Counted from the first letter of the stretch, positions 1-15,844 are shown. The stretch: 64,000 nt of DNA from the human T2T-CHM13v2.0 reference genome, Homo sapiens (GCF_009914755.1 NC_060929.1); one strand, 5' to 3'. A program made the numbers and translations. Notes: generated by a model from the letters alone, not told the origin.

Positions 1-1729
<1,729 letters not shown>

Positions 1730-1792
1730 TATGATGTTAGCTGGTTATTTTGCTCGTTAGTTGATGCAGTTTATTCCTAGTCTTGATGGTCT

Positions 1793-2814
1793 TTACATTT
1801 TGGCATGATTTTGCAGCGGCTGGTATTGGTTGTTCCTTTCCACGTTTAGCGCTTCCTTCAGGAGCTCTTTTAGGGCAGGCCTGGTGGTGACAAAATCTCT
1901 CAGCATTTGCTTGTCTGTAAAGTATTTTATTTCTCCTTCACTTATGAAGCTTAGTTTGGCTGTATATGAAATTGCGGGTTGAAAATTCTTTTCTTTAAGA
2001 ATGTTGAATATTGGCCCCCACTCTCTTCTCCCTTGTAGACTTTCTGCCAGGAGATCTGCTGTTAGTCTGTTGGGCTTCCCTTTGAGCGTAACCCGATCTT
2101 TCTCTCTGGCTGTCCTTAACATTTTTTCCTTCATTTCAACTTTGTTGAATCTGACAATTATGTGTCTTGGAGTTGCTCTTCTCGAGGAGTATCTTTGTGG
2201 CGTTCTCTGTGTTTCCTGAATCTGAATGTTGGCCTGCCTGCTAGATTGGGGAAGTTCTCCTGGATAATATCCTGCAGAGTGTTTTCCAACTTGGTTCCAT
2301 TCTCCCCGTCACTTTCAGGTACACCAATCAGACGTAGATTTGGTCCTTTCACGTAGTCCCATATTTCTTGGAGGCTTTGCTCATTTCTTTTTATTCTTTT
2401 TTCTCTAAACTTCCCTTCTCACTTCATTTCATTCATTTCATCTTCCATCACTGATACCCTTTCTTCCAGTTGATCGCATCGGCTCCTGAGGCTTCTGCAT
2501 TCTTCACGTAGTTCTCAAGCCTTGGTTTTCAGCTCCATCACCTCCTTTAAGCACTTCTCTGTATTGGTATAACTAGAATTAGTTATACATTCTTCTAAAT
2601 TTTTTTCAAAGTTTTCAACTTCTTTGCCTTTGGTTTGAATGTCCTCCCGTAGCTCGGAGTAATTTGATCGTCTGAAGCCTTCTTCTCTCAGCTTGTCAAA
2701 GTCATTCTCCGTCCAGCTTTGTTCCGTTGCTGGTGAGGAACTGCGTTCCTTTGGAGGAGGAGAGGTGCTCTGCTTTTTAGAGTATCCCGTTGTTCTGCTC
2801 TGTTGTTTCCCCGT
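1793..2814 (-). pseudogene. L1 ORF1, disrupted
   Basis: Start codon reads ACG (2814-2812), TGA at 2421-2419, frameshift near 2235. The C-terminal fragment ends QPLQNHAKM*. Confidence 0.93.
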
Positions 2815-3698
2815 CTTTGTGGTTTTATCTACTTTTGGTCTTTGATGATGGTGATGTACAGATGGGTTTTTGGTGTGGATGTGCTTTCTGTTTTAGTTTT
2901 CCTTCTAACAGACAGGACCCTCAGCTGCAGATCTGTTGGAGTACCCGGCTGTGTGAGGTGTCAGTCTGCCCCTGTTGGGGGGTGCCTCCCAGTTAGGCTG
3001 CTCAGGCATCAGGGGTCAGGGACCCACTTGAGTAGGCAGTCTGCTCGTTCTGAGATCTCCACCTGCATGCTGGGAGAACCACTGCTCTCTTCAAAGGTGT
3101 CAGACAGGGACATTTAAGTCTGCAGAGGTTACTGCTGTCTTTTTGTTTGTCTGTGCCCTGCCCCCAGAGGTGGAGCCTACAGAGGCAGGCAGGCCTCCTT
3201 GAGCTGTGGTGGGCTCCCCCCAGTTTGAGCTTCCAGGCTGCTTTGTTTACCTAAGCAAGCCTGGGCAATGGTGGGCGCCCCTCCCCCAGCCTCGCTGCAG
3301 CCTTGCAGTTTGATCTCAGACTGCTGTGCTAGCAATCAGTGAGCCTCCGTGGGCGTAGGACCCTCCGAGCCAGGTGCGGAACACAATCTCCTGGTGCGCC
3401 GTTTTTTAAGCCCGTCGGAAAAGCGCAGTATTCGGGTGGGAGTGACCCGATCTTCCAGGTGCCATCTGTCACCCCTTTCTTTGACTAGGAAAGGGAACTC
3501 CCTGACCCCCCGCACTTCCTGAGTGAGGCAATGCCTCGCCCTGCTTCGGCTCGCGCATGGTGCGCGCACCCACTGACCTGCGCCCACTGTCTGGCACTCC
3601 CTAATGAGATGAACCCGGTACCTCAGATGGAAATGCGGAAATCACCCCTCTTCTGCGTGGCTCACGCTGGGAGCTGTAGACCAGGGCTGTTCCTATTC

Positions 3699-3708
3699 GG
3701 CCATCTTG
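3699..3708 (-). promoter_or_regulatory. YY1 site of the L1 internal promoter
   Basis: CAAGATGGCC on the minus strand at the L1 5' end. Confidence 0.85.
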
Positions 3709-4029
3709 GCTCCTCCCTCCGATTGTATATTTTTATTTTCAAGTTAAATGTTTCTGGAAACTTGGATCCAATATTTGCACACTCTTGGTCTAAAGCTGAG
3801 TGGAGATAACACTTCTGTACTCTTGGAAATAGTCAAACTAAACCCTCTACTTAATTCTCATCATCATCAGCTATTCATACAATTACTCTCCTACACTACG
3901 TCCTTGTCAACACTCATTAAGACAATGGCAGAAACAGTACACCTATTTAAGCATCTCTGAGGCATTTTCTCAACTTATGTAAGTCCAACAAATTCTATAC
4001 CCATAGAATCTACTACTTGTCATGTTCTG

Positions 4030-4150
4030 GTTATCATACTTAATTCCTGTGAGGTCGTGAATAGTATCTCCTTTTTACAAATAAGAAAGTAGATTAAAAG
4101 GCTTAAGGCTATGTCCAAAGTAATGCAACTGTTATGTAGCAAGCTCAAAT
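4030..4150 (-). mobile_element. MIR fragment
   Basis: Degenerate MIR core (ctttttacaaataagaaa...ttaaggctatgtccaaagtaatgcaact). Confidence 0.5.
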
Positions 4151-4179
4151 CAGTTCAATTGAGTTACTTTTTTTTTTGG

Positions 4180-4510
4180 AAAATTTTTTTCTGTGGTAAA
4201 ATATAAATAACTTAAAAATTATTATTTTAACTTTTTTTAGAGACAATTTCTTGCTGTGTTTCCCAGGTGAGAGTGCAGTAGCTATTCACAAGTGCAATCA
4301 TAGCACACTGCAGCCTCAAACTCTTGATCTCAAGCAATTCTCCCACCTCAGCCTTCCTAGTCGCTAAAACTACAGGCACTCATCACTGTGCCCAACTTAT
4401 TTAACCATTTTTAAATGGACAGTCTGTGACATTGAGTACATTCACATCATTCTGCAATATCAACACCATCTATCTCTAGAAGCTTTTCATCTTTTCAGGC
4501 TGAAACTCTT
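4180..4510 (-). mobile_element. old L1M (L1MB/ME-type) 3' end fragment, interrupted by FAM
   Basis: gtggtaaaatataaataac...ccatttttaaatggacagt...acattcacatcattctgcaa...tgaaactct is typical L1M 3' end sequence. Confidence 0.6.
4232..4396 (-). mobile_element. FAM (fossil Alu monomer)
   Basis: Monomer carrying the FAM-type segment gagtgcagtagctattcacaagtgcaatcatagcacactgcagcctc, T-tail on the left, TSD-like tta(t)ttaac flanks. Confidence 0.8.
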
Positions 4511-5342
4511 TCACTGAGCTCTTAGAAAGAGCCATTGAGGCCATTCACTGTTCCCTTTTAACCATTTTTGCTAATAATTAAAAATGGGTCTCATGACTGC
4601 TCAAGAAAGACATTTATTCTCTCTTCTCCTTATCTGACTAAACCCCATGTATTCTTTAACATCCAGTTCAGATGCCACATCTAAGAAAAGTTATTTTACC
4701 CACTTTCCAAACTGAGGCTTCCTCAGGCTAGGCTGTACACCTCTTTTTTGTTAGTTTCATCCCTCCTTCCAATTTTTCACCATCATTTTATGTAGTATTC
4801 CAATGATCTCTGTGTCTTTGTCTTCCATCAGCCATCACCTTGCCTTTTTTATCTTACTTATTCATTAATTCATTCTTGATACTACAATGTTGAGTCAAAA
4901 TGGACATTGTCTCTTATGGAGCTTCATTTGCCTGGAATTAATTCAGAGTAATCATTATTACACGAATACTGGTTAGCTCTTAATTTGTAAGATCCTCTGT
5001 AAGAGCCTAGACTGTCAAGTTTGGAAAATAGATAATAATCCCAGAAATTACATAAATAGCTATGAATTTTATACTGGGATACTTGTCTGACTAGCCAGAT
5101 TATTATATGGTTTCTCCTACTTGAAGATAAGTCTGAGAAGATGTGTTTTTAACATAACATATCTTGGAGTTAAAGACAACCAAGGGAAAAGAGATTGGAA
5201 TGGGTGCTGGGACAACCAAACTATAGTGTCTACCATAATTTCCTAAGGAATATTTACTCTTTTTCCAATTCTTTGTCCTCTTAATTTTTCTTACCTAACT
5301 ATACCTCTCAAAACAATGCCAAATCTTAGAAAATTAATCTTT

Positions 5343-8300
5343 ATAAGTTGGTTCTTCAAAAGGAAAAACAAGATTGGTAGACTGCTAGTTAGATCCACAA
5401 AGAAAAAAAATGAGACAAGATCCAAATAAGCACAATCAGAAATGGTAAAGGTGACATTACAACTGATCCCACAGAAACACAAAAGAATGCTTCTGTGCAC
5501 ACAACTATAAAATCTGTAGGAAATGGGTAAATTCTTGGAAAATACGGTCTCCCAAGATTGAACCAGTAAGAAATTGAAATCCTGAACAGACCAGTATTGA
5601 GCTCTGAAATTGAATCAGTAATAAAAATCCTAGCCCCAGACCAGATGAATTCACAGCTGAATTCCACCAGACATGGAAAGAAGAGCTGATATCAATTCTA
5701 CTAAATTTATTACAAAAAAATAGAGTAGAAGGAACTGCTCCTTAACTGATTCTATGAAGCCAACATCACCCTAATACCAAAATCTGGCAAAGACATAATG
5801 AAAAAAATTAAGGTCAATATCCCTGATGAACACAGACACAAAAATTCTCAACAAAATACTAGCAAGCCTAATCCAACAACACATTAAAAAGGTAATTCAC
5901 CATGATCAGGTAGGCTTAATTCCTGGGATGCAAGGTTAATTCAACATACACAAATCAATAAATGTAATTCACCTCATAAATATAATTGAAAACAAAAACC
6001 ATATGGTCATCTCAGTAGATTCAGGAAAAGCTTTCAATAAAATCCAACATCCCTTCATAATAAAAACCCTCAAGAAGCTAGGTATTGAAGGAACATACCT
6101 CAAAGTATTATAATAAGAGCCATCTATGAAAACCCCATGGCCCACAGCCAACAACATACTTAATTGGCAAAAACCATAAGCATTCCCCCTGAGAATGAGA
6201 ACAAGACAAAGGTGTAGTACTCCTACTCAACATAGTACCAGATGTCCTATCCAGAGCAATCAGTCAAGAGAAAGAAATAAAAGGCATTTGAACAGGAAAA
6301 GAAGTCAAACCTCTTCACTGATGAAATGATTCTATATTTAGATACCCCTACAGAGTCTGCCAAAAGGAACCTAGAATAAACTTCAGTAAAGTTCAGGACA
6401 CAAAATCAATGTACAAAAATCAGTAGCATTTCTATTCACCAATAATGTTCAAGTTGAGAGTCAAATAAAGAACACAATCTTGTTTATAATAGTCATACCA
6501 AAAAATAATGCCAATAAATACCTCTAATCAAGGAGATGAAAGATCTTTAAAATGCGAACCACAGAACACTGCTGAAAGAATTCATACATGACAAAAACAA
6601 ATGGAAAAAACATTTCATGCTCATGAGTTAGAAGAATCAATATTGTTAAAATGTCCATACTGCCCAAAGCCATTTACAGATCCAATCCTATTCCTATCAA
6701 GCTACCAACATCATTTTTCACAGAAATGAAAAAAAAACCATTCTAAATTTTTTATGCAACAAAAAGAGAGCTAGAATAGCCAAAGCAATCCTAAGCAAAA
6801 GTAACAGACTAGAGGTACCACATTACCTGACTTCAAACTATACTACAAGGTTAGAGTAACTGAAGCAGCATGGCACTTATACACAAATAGACACAAACAC
6901 CAATGGAACAGAATAGCAAACTCAGAAATAAAGCCATATGACTACAACCATTTGGTTTTCAATGAAGTCAACAAAAGTAAGCAATGGGAAAAGAACTCCA
7001 TATTCAATAAATGGTGTTGGCATAGCTGAATAGCCATATGCAGAACAATGAAACTGGACTCTTATCTTTCACCACATAAAAAAATTAACTCAAGATGGAT
7101 TACATATTTAAATGTAAGACCTTAAACTATAAGAATCCTAGAAGAAAGCCTAGGAGACACCATTCTGAACATGGGCCTTGGGAATAAATTTATGACAAAT
7201 TATCAAAAGCAATTGCAACAAAAACAAAAATTGACAAGTAGAGCCTAAAAGAGCTACTGCACAGCAAAAGAAACTATCACCAGAGTAAATCGATAGCCTA
7301 CAAAATGAGAGAAAATAATTGCAAAATATGTGTCTGGCAAAGGTCTAATATACAGAACCTCTAAGGTACTTAAACAATTGAACAGGCAGAATACAACTCC
7401 ATTAAAAAATGGGCAAAAATTTTGTCCCATTCTGTAGGTTGTCTGTTCACTCTGATGATAGTTTCTTTTGCTGTGCAGAAGCTCTTTAGTTTAATTAGAT
7501 TCCCCTATTTGTCAATTTTTGGTTCTGTTGCAGTTACTTTTGGTGATTTTGTCATAAAATCTTTGCCCATGCCTATGTCCTGAATGGTATTGCCTAGATT
7601 TTCTTCTAAGGTTTTTATAGTTTTGGTTTTACATTAAGTCTTTAATTCATCTTGAGTTAATTTTTGTATAAGATATAAGAAAGGTTCCAGTTTCAATTTT
7701 GTGCATATGGCTAACCAGTCCTCCCAGCACCATTTATGAAATAGAGAATCCTTTCCCCATTGCTTGTTTTTGTCAGGTTTGTTGAAGATCAGATGGTTGT
7801 AGATGTGCAGTTTTATTTATGAGTTCTCTATTCTATTCCATTGGTCTATGTGCCTGTTTTTGTACCAGTACCATGCTGTTTTGGTTATTGAAGTCTTGTA
7901 GTATTGTTTGAAGTCAGGTAGTGTGATGCCACCAGCTTTGTTCTTTTTGCTTAGGATAGCCTTGTCTATACAAGCTCTTTTTTGGTTCCATATTAATTTT
8001 AAAATAGTTTTTTTCTAATTCTGAAGAATGCCAATGGTAGTTTAATAGAAATAACATTGAATCTGTCAATTGCTTTGGGCATTATTGCTATTTTCATGAT
8101 ATTGATTCTTCCTGTCCATGAGCATGGAATGTTTTTCCATCTGTTTGTGTCCTCTCTGATTTCCTTGAGCAGTGGTTTGTAGTTCTCCTTGAAGAGGTCC
8201 TTCACTTCCCTTGTTAGCTGTATTCCTAGGTATTTTATTTTCTTTGTGGAAATTATGAATGGAAGTTCATTCATGATTTGGCTGTTTGCCTTTCTGTTGT

Positions 8301-10349
8301 TGGTGTATAGGAATGCTTGTGATTTCTGCACATTGATTTTTTATACTGACATTTGCTGAAGTTGCATATCAGCTTAAGAAGCTTTTGGGCTGAGGCAGTG
8401 GGGTTTTCTAGATATACGATTATGTCGTCTGCAAACAAAGACAATTTAACTTTCTTTTTTCTTATTTGAATACGTTTATTTCTGTCTCTTGCCTGATTGT
8501 CCTGGCCAGAACTTCCAATACTATGTTGAATAAGAGTAGTGAGAGAAGACCCACAGAATGGGAGAAAATTTTTGCAATCTATCCATCTGACAAAGGTCTA
8601 ATATCCAGAATCTGCAAGGAACTTAAGTAAATTTACAAGAAAAAAAAACAACCCCATTAAAAATTGGGGAAAGAACATGAACAGACGCTTTGCAAGAGGA
8701 CATACATGTGGCCAACAAGCATATGAAAAAAAACTCAACATCACTGATTATTAGAGAAATGCATATAAAAATCACAGTGAAGTGCCATCTCATGTGAGTC
8801 AGAATGGCAATTATTAAAAAGTCAAGAAACAACAGATGCTGGTGAGGTTGCTGAGCAATAGGGATGCTTTTACACTGTTGATGGGAATGTAACTTAGTTC
8901 AACCATTGTGGAAGACAGTGTGGAGATTCCACAAAGATTTAGCACCAGAAATACCATTTGACCCAGCAATCCCATTACTGGATAAATACCCAAAGGAATA
9001 TAAATCTTTCTATTATAAAGATACATGCATGTGTGTAATAATTGCACCACTATTCACAATAGCAAAGACATGAAATCAACCCAAATACCCATCAATAATA
9101 GACTGGATAAAGAAAATGTGGTACATATACACCATGGAATACTATGCAGCCATAAAAAGAAATGAGTTCCTGACCTTTGCAGGGAGATGGATGAAGCTGG
9201 AAGCCATTATTCTCGGTAAACTAAGGCAGGAACAGAAAACGAAACACCACATGTTCTCACTTATAAATGGGAGGTGAACAATGAGAACGCATGTACACAA
9301 GGTGGGAACAACACACACTGGGGCCTGTCGGGGGAGGGTGGGGCAGGGTAGAGCATGAGGAAAAATACCTAATGCATGCCAGGCTTAATACCTAGGAGAT
9401 GGGTTGATAGGTGCAGCAGACCACCATTACTCATTTACCTATGTAACAGACCTGCACATTCTGCATATGTACCTTGGAACTTAAAGTAAAATTAAATTAA
9501 ATTTAAAAAAATAAAGAATGAGCAACGGAAATGAAGACACTTCTCAAAAGAAGACATGCAAGTGGGCAAGAAACATGAAAAAAAGCTCATTACTAATCAT
9601 TAGAGAAATGAAAATCAAAACCACAATGAGATACCACCTCATACCAGTCATAATGGCTATTACTAAAATGTCAAAAACCAACAGATGCTGGCAAGGCTGT
9701 GGAGAAAAGGAAATGCTTACACACTGTTAGTGGGAATGTAAATTAGTTCAGCCACTGGGAAAAGCAATTTGGAGATTTCTCAAGGAACTTAAAAAAGAAC
9801 TGCCATTTGACCAGGAATCCGATTACCGGGTGTATATCCAAAAGAAAATAAACAACTCTACCAAAAAGACACATACACTTGCAAGTTCATTGCAGCACTA
9901 TTCACAAGAGTAAAGCTATGGAATCAATATAGGTGCCCATCAACAGTGGATTGGATAAAGAAAATGTGGTGTATACACCATGGGATACTACACGGCTTTA
10001 TTGTGCCCTTTGCAGCAACATGGATGTAGCTAGAGGCCATTATCCTAAGTGATCTAATGCAGAAACAGAGAAACAAATATTGCATCTTCTCACTTATACG
10101 TGGGAGCTAAACAATGGGTACTCCTGATCATAAAAATGGCAACGATAGACAGTAAGAACTACTAGAGGGGGAATGGCAGGAGGGAAACAAAGGTTGAAAT
10201 TCTGACTTTTGGGTACTATACTCAGCACCTAGGTGATGGCATTAATCATACCCCTAAACCTCAGCATCACACAGTATACCCAGGTAACAAACCTGCACAC
10301 TTGCCCTCTGAATCTGAAATAAAAGTTGAAATTATTTTAAAAAATGAGC
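5343..10349 (+). mobile_element. 5'-truncated old L1 (L1PA16/L1PB-type), host of a nested L1
   Basis: ORF2-homologous sequence 5345-7416 resumes at ~9526. The 3' end reads ...gtaacaaacctgcacac...aaataaaagttgaaatt. 13-bp TSD aaaattaatcttt at 5330-5342 and 10350-10362. Confidence 0.9.
7417..9511 (+). mobile_element. nested 5'-inverted L1 (L1PA10-12-type)
   Basis: Inverted ORF2 segment ~7417-8548, sense segment ~8549-9511 with 3'UTR and A-rich tail. TSD taaaaaatgggcaa (7403-7416) / taaagaatgagcaa (9512-9525). Confidence 0.9.
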
Positions 10350-10369
10350 AAAATTAATCTTTTAAACAT

Positions 10370-10875
10370 CACTTTTTCCACTGACCATAGTAAAAAATAG
10401 TGCTTCTTAACCTGATATTCAAGAATCTTTACAGCTTGGTCACAAGCTACTTATTCAATTTTAACTCCAAATATTCTTGTATACAAATTATCTACTCCAA
10501 ATAATATAGGCATGCTACTGTCTCATGTCCTGTGTTTTCCTAATTTTATTCTGTTTTACATGATCTTAACCATATGTAGAATCTCTTTTTGCAGATTTAT
10601 CTCATACACAAGTTCTATTTTAAATTCTGTCACTCACTCACTTCCTATTCCAGTAGTAATTATTCCTTCTTTTAAACTTCTGTGTGTATTTACTGACTTG
10701 CCTTGTGTTTATGCCTTGGTTTTATTAATTACGTTATGTGCCTACATGTAAGTACCCCAACTACACTACAGTTCTGGAAGGACACAATCTAGGTCTTTGC
10801 CTTTTCTTGTATTTTATATGCATTTATGTTATGATGCACAGCAGAAGCAAAATATCCATTTGTGGGTTGATAGAC
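10370..10875 (+). mobile_element. L2 3' fragment
   Basis: Degenerate L2-like 3' end (gttctggaaggacaca...gcacagcagaagcaaaatatccatttgtgggttga). Confidence 0.45.
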
Positions 10876-11959
10876 TATGTTGAAGTAATTTCAGATGGGA
10901 AAAATCTTTCCAGTAGTGCATCAGAGTTTCACAATTTCTAATGTCAAGAAATTACTCTTCAGGTTTGAACAATTTTCTCTTCATGGATTCCCCAAATCGA
11001 GATAAACAGCTCCAGTCCACCAGATTATATTAATATTAATATTAATATTAATTTACATCTATGAATGTTTACATTTTCAAGATCTGATTGATTGCATATG
11101 AGATCAGCATTTTCTATTTTGAATTTTCTCCCTTATATAGCTTTATTTCCTTAATCATTTGCACATTTGATAGCAAAATTGACTTTTATTACATACAAAA
11201 TCTTCACAAAACAAAATTTACCCCATGACCTCTTCTTATTGTGATTTAATGGCTTGTATTGCATGAACTGATGTAATTATGTTGGTAAATAACAGAGAAA
11301 AATGAATTGTCTGATATCATCATATATACAGTGACCTGGGAGCTGAGAATACATTTTCTAACTTATTTGTATTTTGGGGGATACCACCCAAAGACTCTAT
11401 TATGATGAATTGAATAACATTGCAATGAAAATGTTTATAGTCTTTTAGAATAACAAGAAAATTTACCGTTAGGTATTTTCAGACTACACAAATTTAATTA
11501 GGATGTCTAAGAGCAAGCAGATGATAAAAGGAGCTCCTTACTCATTCATTATCTATTTGCTAGGTTCATTTCAAATACAGCAACTAGTCTCTGGATCGAT
11601 TACAGGTGTCTGAAAATAAATAAAAAGAGACTATTTCTCTAATATTTATATGTGATGAATTACATCATGAATTAGCACAGTGGGAGTGGTATTAAACAGA
11701 TATCTAATTTATAAAAGGAGTTATCTTGAAATAATAATTTTCTGAAATAATTTGCTTAACAGTGATATGTTATTACACTCTACTCAACAAACAAAACATA
11801 GTCAGCCATATCAAAAAGGTAGCATTTCAATTGAAATATCTGTAATCAATTTAATTCAAATAAAATATTTTTGTTTGCTTTTAATATTTGTTTAGGATTG
11901 GCTATGAGTTTGTTTCATTGACATACCAGTTTTTGTTGCTTACATAAATGTTGCAGAAT

Positions 11960-12160
11960 ACAGTAGAAAGTTTATACGCTTCAGAATAAGATAACTGGGT
12001 TTGAGTTTTGTATCTATTAATTATTAGTTTAGGCTAATTACTTAATCTTGCTAAATTTTGGTTTACTCACTTTTAAGCACAGCTTGGCTATGAACATTAA
12101 AAGCAAAAATTCCTACTTATAAATAGAATAGGGCATGTAATAATTGATACTAATAAATGT
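11960..12160 (+). mobile_element. MIR
   Basis: ctgggtttgagttttg...ggctaattacttaatcttgctaaattttggtttactcactttta, MIR core-like. Confidence 0.55.
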
Positions 12161-12908
12161 TAGAATCCTTTTCCCCTAGTAACACACATTTCCAATGTGT
12201 TAAGTATTCTAATTGTCACTTCAGTGACCTATATGGCCCAGTTTTAACTTCATGTCACAATTTTTTTAAAACACAGTTTAAAAGTACTTTAAAAAGATAA
12301 TTAGAATGTAACACCAATTTAACTTGTATCTCTCAAATTACTTTACATTCTAATCAAATATATGACTTACAAACATTCACCCCCATCCTCCTTTTACCCT
12401 CTCCTAATTTACTCACAGCCTGCAGGTTCTGAGATGCCTCTTATTTTCTAAATCTTACCCTATCTCTCCAACAAAATTGCCTGAATTTCAACTTATGAAG
12501 TTTCTCATGTCTTGATTTTACTCCTAATTTCTCTGTACTCATTATTTAGTCTTGTTTCTGTCCACTCACTCATCCTTTAAAGTTCCTACATAAAAATTGT
12601 AAGAATGAGTTGATAAAAGTACAGTTTTTCTCAAGAGATGGAGGGGCATGAAAGAAGAAAAGAACAAAGATAGAAACAGAACATTCCCTCTTTAATACAC
12701 CTTTTTTTTCAGCCTTCATCACAAGTGAATGAACCATGAACCACAACTTTTAGAATCATTTTAGAAAACAAAGTTTGATCTTAGTAATCAACTTCTGTCT
12801 TGAACCTCAAAATGGATTTTCCTTATGATTTTTAGATTAGAATTCAAAGCTACTTATAAAAGCTTTTTCTTAGAAAACAATTAAGATTTTTATCTTTTAT
12901 TTAGGAAT

Positions 12909-15188
12909 TGTGTTAGTTCATTTTTACGCTGCTAATAAAGACATACCTGAGACTGGGCAATTACAAAACAAAAAAGGTTTATTGAACTTACAATTCCACG
13001 TGCCTGGGGAGGCCTCACAATCATGGTGGAAGGTGAAAGGCATGTTTCACATGGCAGCAGACAAGAGAAGAGAGCTTGTGCAGGGAAACTCCCATTTGTG
13101 AAACCATCAAATCTCATGAAACTCCTTCACTATCACAAGAATGGTGCAGGAAAAACCCACCCCCCATAATTCAATCACCTCCCACCAGGTTCCTCCCATG
13201 ACACATGAGAATTGTGGAAATTACAATTTAAGATGAGATTTGGGTGGCAACACAGCCAAATCATATAATTCTGCCCCGGCCCCTCCCAAATCTCATGTCC
13301 TCACATTTCAAAACCAATCATGTCTTCCCAACAGTCCCCCAAAGTCTTAACTCATTTCAGCAATAACTTAAAAGTCCGCAGTCCAAAGCCTTATCTGAAA
13401 CAAGGCAAGTCCCTTTTGCCTATGAGCCTGCAAAATTAAAAGCAAGTTAGTTACTTCCTAGATACAATGGGGGTACAGGCATTGGGTAAATACAGCCATT
13501 CCAAATAGGAGAAATTGGCCAAAACAAAGGGGCTATAGACCCCATGCAAGTCAAAAATCCCACAGGGCAGTCAAATCTTAAAGCTCCAAAATGGTCTCAT
13601 TTGACTCCATGTTTCACATGCCGGTCATGCTGATGCAAGAAGTGGGTTCCCATTGTCTTGGGCAGCTCTTCTCCTGTGACTTTGCCTGGTACAGCCTCCC
13701 TCCCAGCTGCTTTCATGGGCTGGCATTGAGTGTCTGTGGCTTTTCTAGGTGCACAGTGCAAGCTGTCAGTGGATCTACTATTCTAGGGTCTGGAAGATGG
13801 TGACCCTCTTCTCACAGCTCCACTAGGCACTGTCCCAGCAGGGACCCTGATGGGGTCTCCAACCCCACATTTTCCTTCTGCACTTCCTTTGGCAGAGGTT
13901 CTCCATGAGAGGCCTGCCCCTGCAGTGAATTTATGCCTGGACATTCAGGCATTTCCATACATCCTCTGAAATCTAGGTGGAGGTTCCCAAACCCCAATTA
14001 TTGACTTGTGTGCACCTGCAGGCCCAACACCACTTGGAGGCTACCAAGGCTTGGGGCTTGCAGCCTATGAAACCATGGCCTGAGCTCTACATTGGCCCCT
14101 TTCAGCCATGGCTGGAGCAGCTGGCACAGAGGGCACCAAGTCCCCAGGGTGCACACAGCACAGGGACCCTGAGCCTAGCCCAGAAAAACACTTTTTCCTC
14201 CTAGGCCTTGGGGCCTGTGATAGGAGGGGCTGCCATAAAAACCTCTGACATGCCCTGGAGACATTTTTCTCATTGTTTTGGGAATTAACACTCAGCTCCT
14301 CATTACTTTCTGCCGTTGGTTTGAATTTCTCCTCAGAAAATGGGATTTTTTTTTTTTCTATCACGTTGTCAGCATGCAAATTTTCTGAACTTTTATGCCC
14401 TGTTTCCCTTATAAAATGGAATGCCTTTAACAGCACCCAAGTCACATCTTGAATGCTTTGCTGCTTAGAAATATCTTCCACCAGGTACCCTAAATCATCT
14501 GTCTCAATTTCACAGATCTCCAGGGCAGAGGCAAAATGCCACCAGTCTCTTTGCTAAAACATAACAAGAGTCACCTTTGCTCCAGTTCCCAACAAGTTCC
14601 TCATTTCCATCTGAGAACACCTCAGCCTGGACCTTATTGTTCATATCACTATCAGCATTTTTGTCAAAGACATTCAACAAGTCTCTAGAGAGTTTCAAAC
14701 GTTCGTACATTTTCCTGTCTTCTTCTGAGCCCTCCAAACTGTTCCAACTGCTGCCTGTTACCCAGTTCCAAAGTCACTTCCACATTTTTGGGTATCTTTT
14801 CAGCAATGCCCCACTCTACTAGTACCAATTTACTGTATTAGTCCATTTTCACACTGCTGATAAAGACATACCCAAGATGAGGCAATTTACAAAAGAAAAG
14901 TTTATTGGACTTATAGTTCCATGTGGCTGTGGAGGTCTCACAATCATGGCAGAAGGTGAAAGGTATGTCTGACATGGCAGCAGATAAGAGAAGAGAGCTT
15001 GTGCAGGGAAACTCCTGTTTCTAAAACCATCAGATCTCATGAGACTAATTCACTATTACAAGAAGAGCACAGGAAAGACACCCTCATAATTCAATCACCT
15101 CTCACCAGGTTCTTCCCATGACACATGTAAATTGTGGGAGTTAAAATTCAACATAAGATTTGGGTGGGGACACAGCCAAATCATATCA
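12909..15188 (-). mobile_element. complete THE1A-type MaLR (LTR-internal-LTR)
   Basis: LTRs 12909-13268 and 14834-15188, internal 13269-14833 with THE1-int ORF relics (14065..14481, 14510..14737), perfect 5-bp TSD ggaat (12904-12908/15189-15193). Confidence 0.95.
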
Positions 15189-15334
15189 GGAATCAAGAAT
15201 ATTCTACACACATTTAATTATTTCTGTTAATCCTAACATTGTTATTCAAAGGTACATGAATTTATTGTATTTATAAAAATTATAGAAAATTCTTGTGCAG
15301 AAAAATGTCCTGCATCAGATATTTTTCTGACACA

Positions 15335-15460
15335 TTGAATCAACATTTAACAGTTAATAATCAATTACCTAACACCAGATATGTGTTAGGTACTTGTCAG
15401 TTCTTGGAGATACAAAGTGGAACAAGATAGAAGCCCTATCCTTAAGGCAAGTGATAGTGA
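15335..15460 (-). mobile_element. L2 3' fragment
   Basis: caacatttaa...atgtgttaggtact...ttggagatacaaagtggaacaagatagaagccctatccttaagg. Confidence 0.55.
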
Positions 15461-15844
15461 AATCCATGTTGTGTTAGACACTAGATAAGATGATGCACTT
15501 TATGAGAAATTATAATTTCCAAATGACACATGAAGATACACATTGCTTGTAACACATCCAATGATGCTGACTTATGTTACATTCTAGTAGTAAAGAGTGC
15601 TTCTTAAGGGAAATGAAGAAAATTAGAAGAAAAGAAATGTTCCCCTTTACCCCTTCCAAAAAGTTAAATGCATGTTGTTGTATCTTTATAGATAGTTAGG
15701 ATATTTGGAAAGGATGTGATTGTCAGGGAGGAGCTGAATAACTGAGAAAAGTGTTCCAGAAGGTAAGTATAGTCTAAACTGGGTTCCTGGGAGAAAACAA
15801 AACAAATAAAAATGTTTAATTGTTTTTATTTATTTGTATTTGTT

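Noticed and set aside
11542-11609. Minus-strand exon-like segment (tttattttcag| ... |GTAAGG)
   Set aside because: Stops occur in all three frames, the donor is weak and there is no partner exon; compatible with chance.
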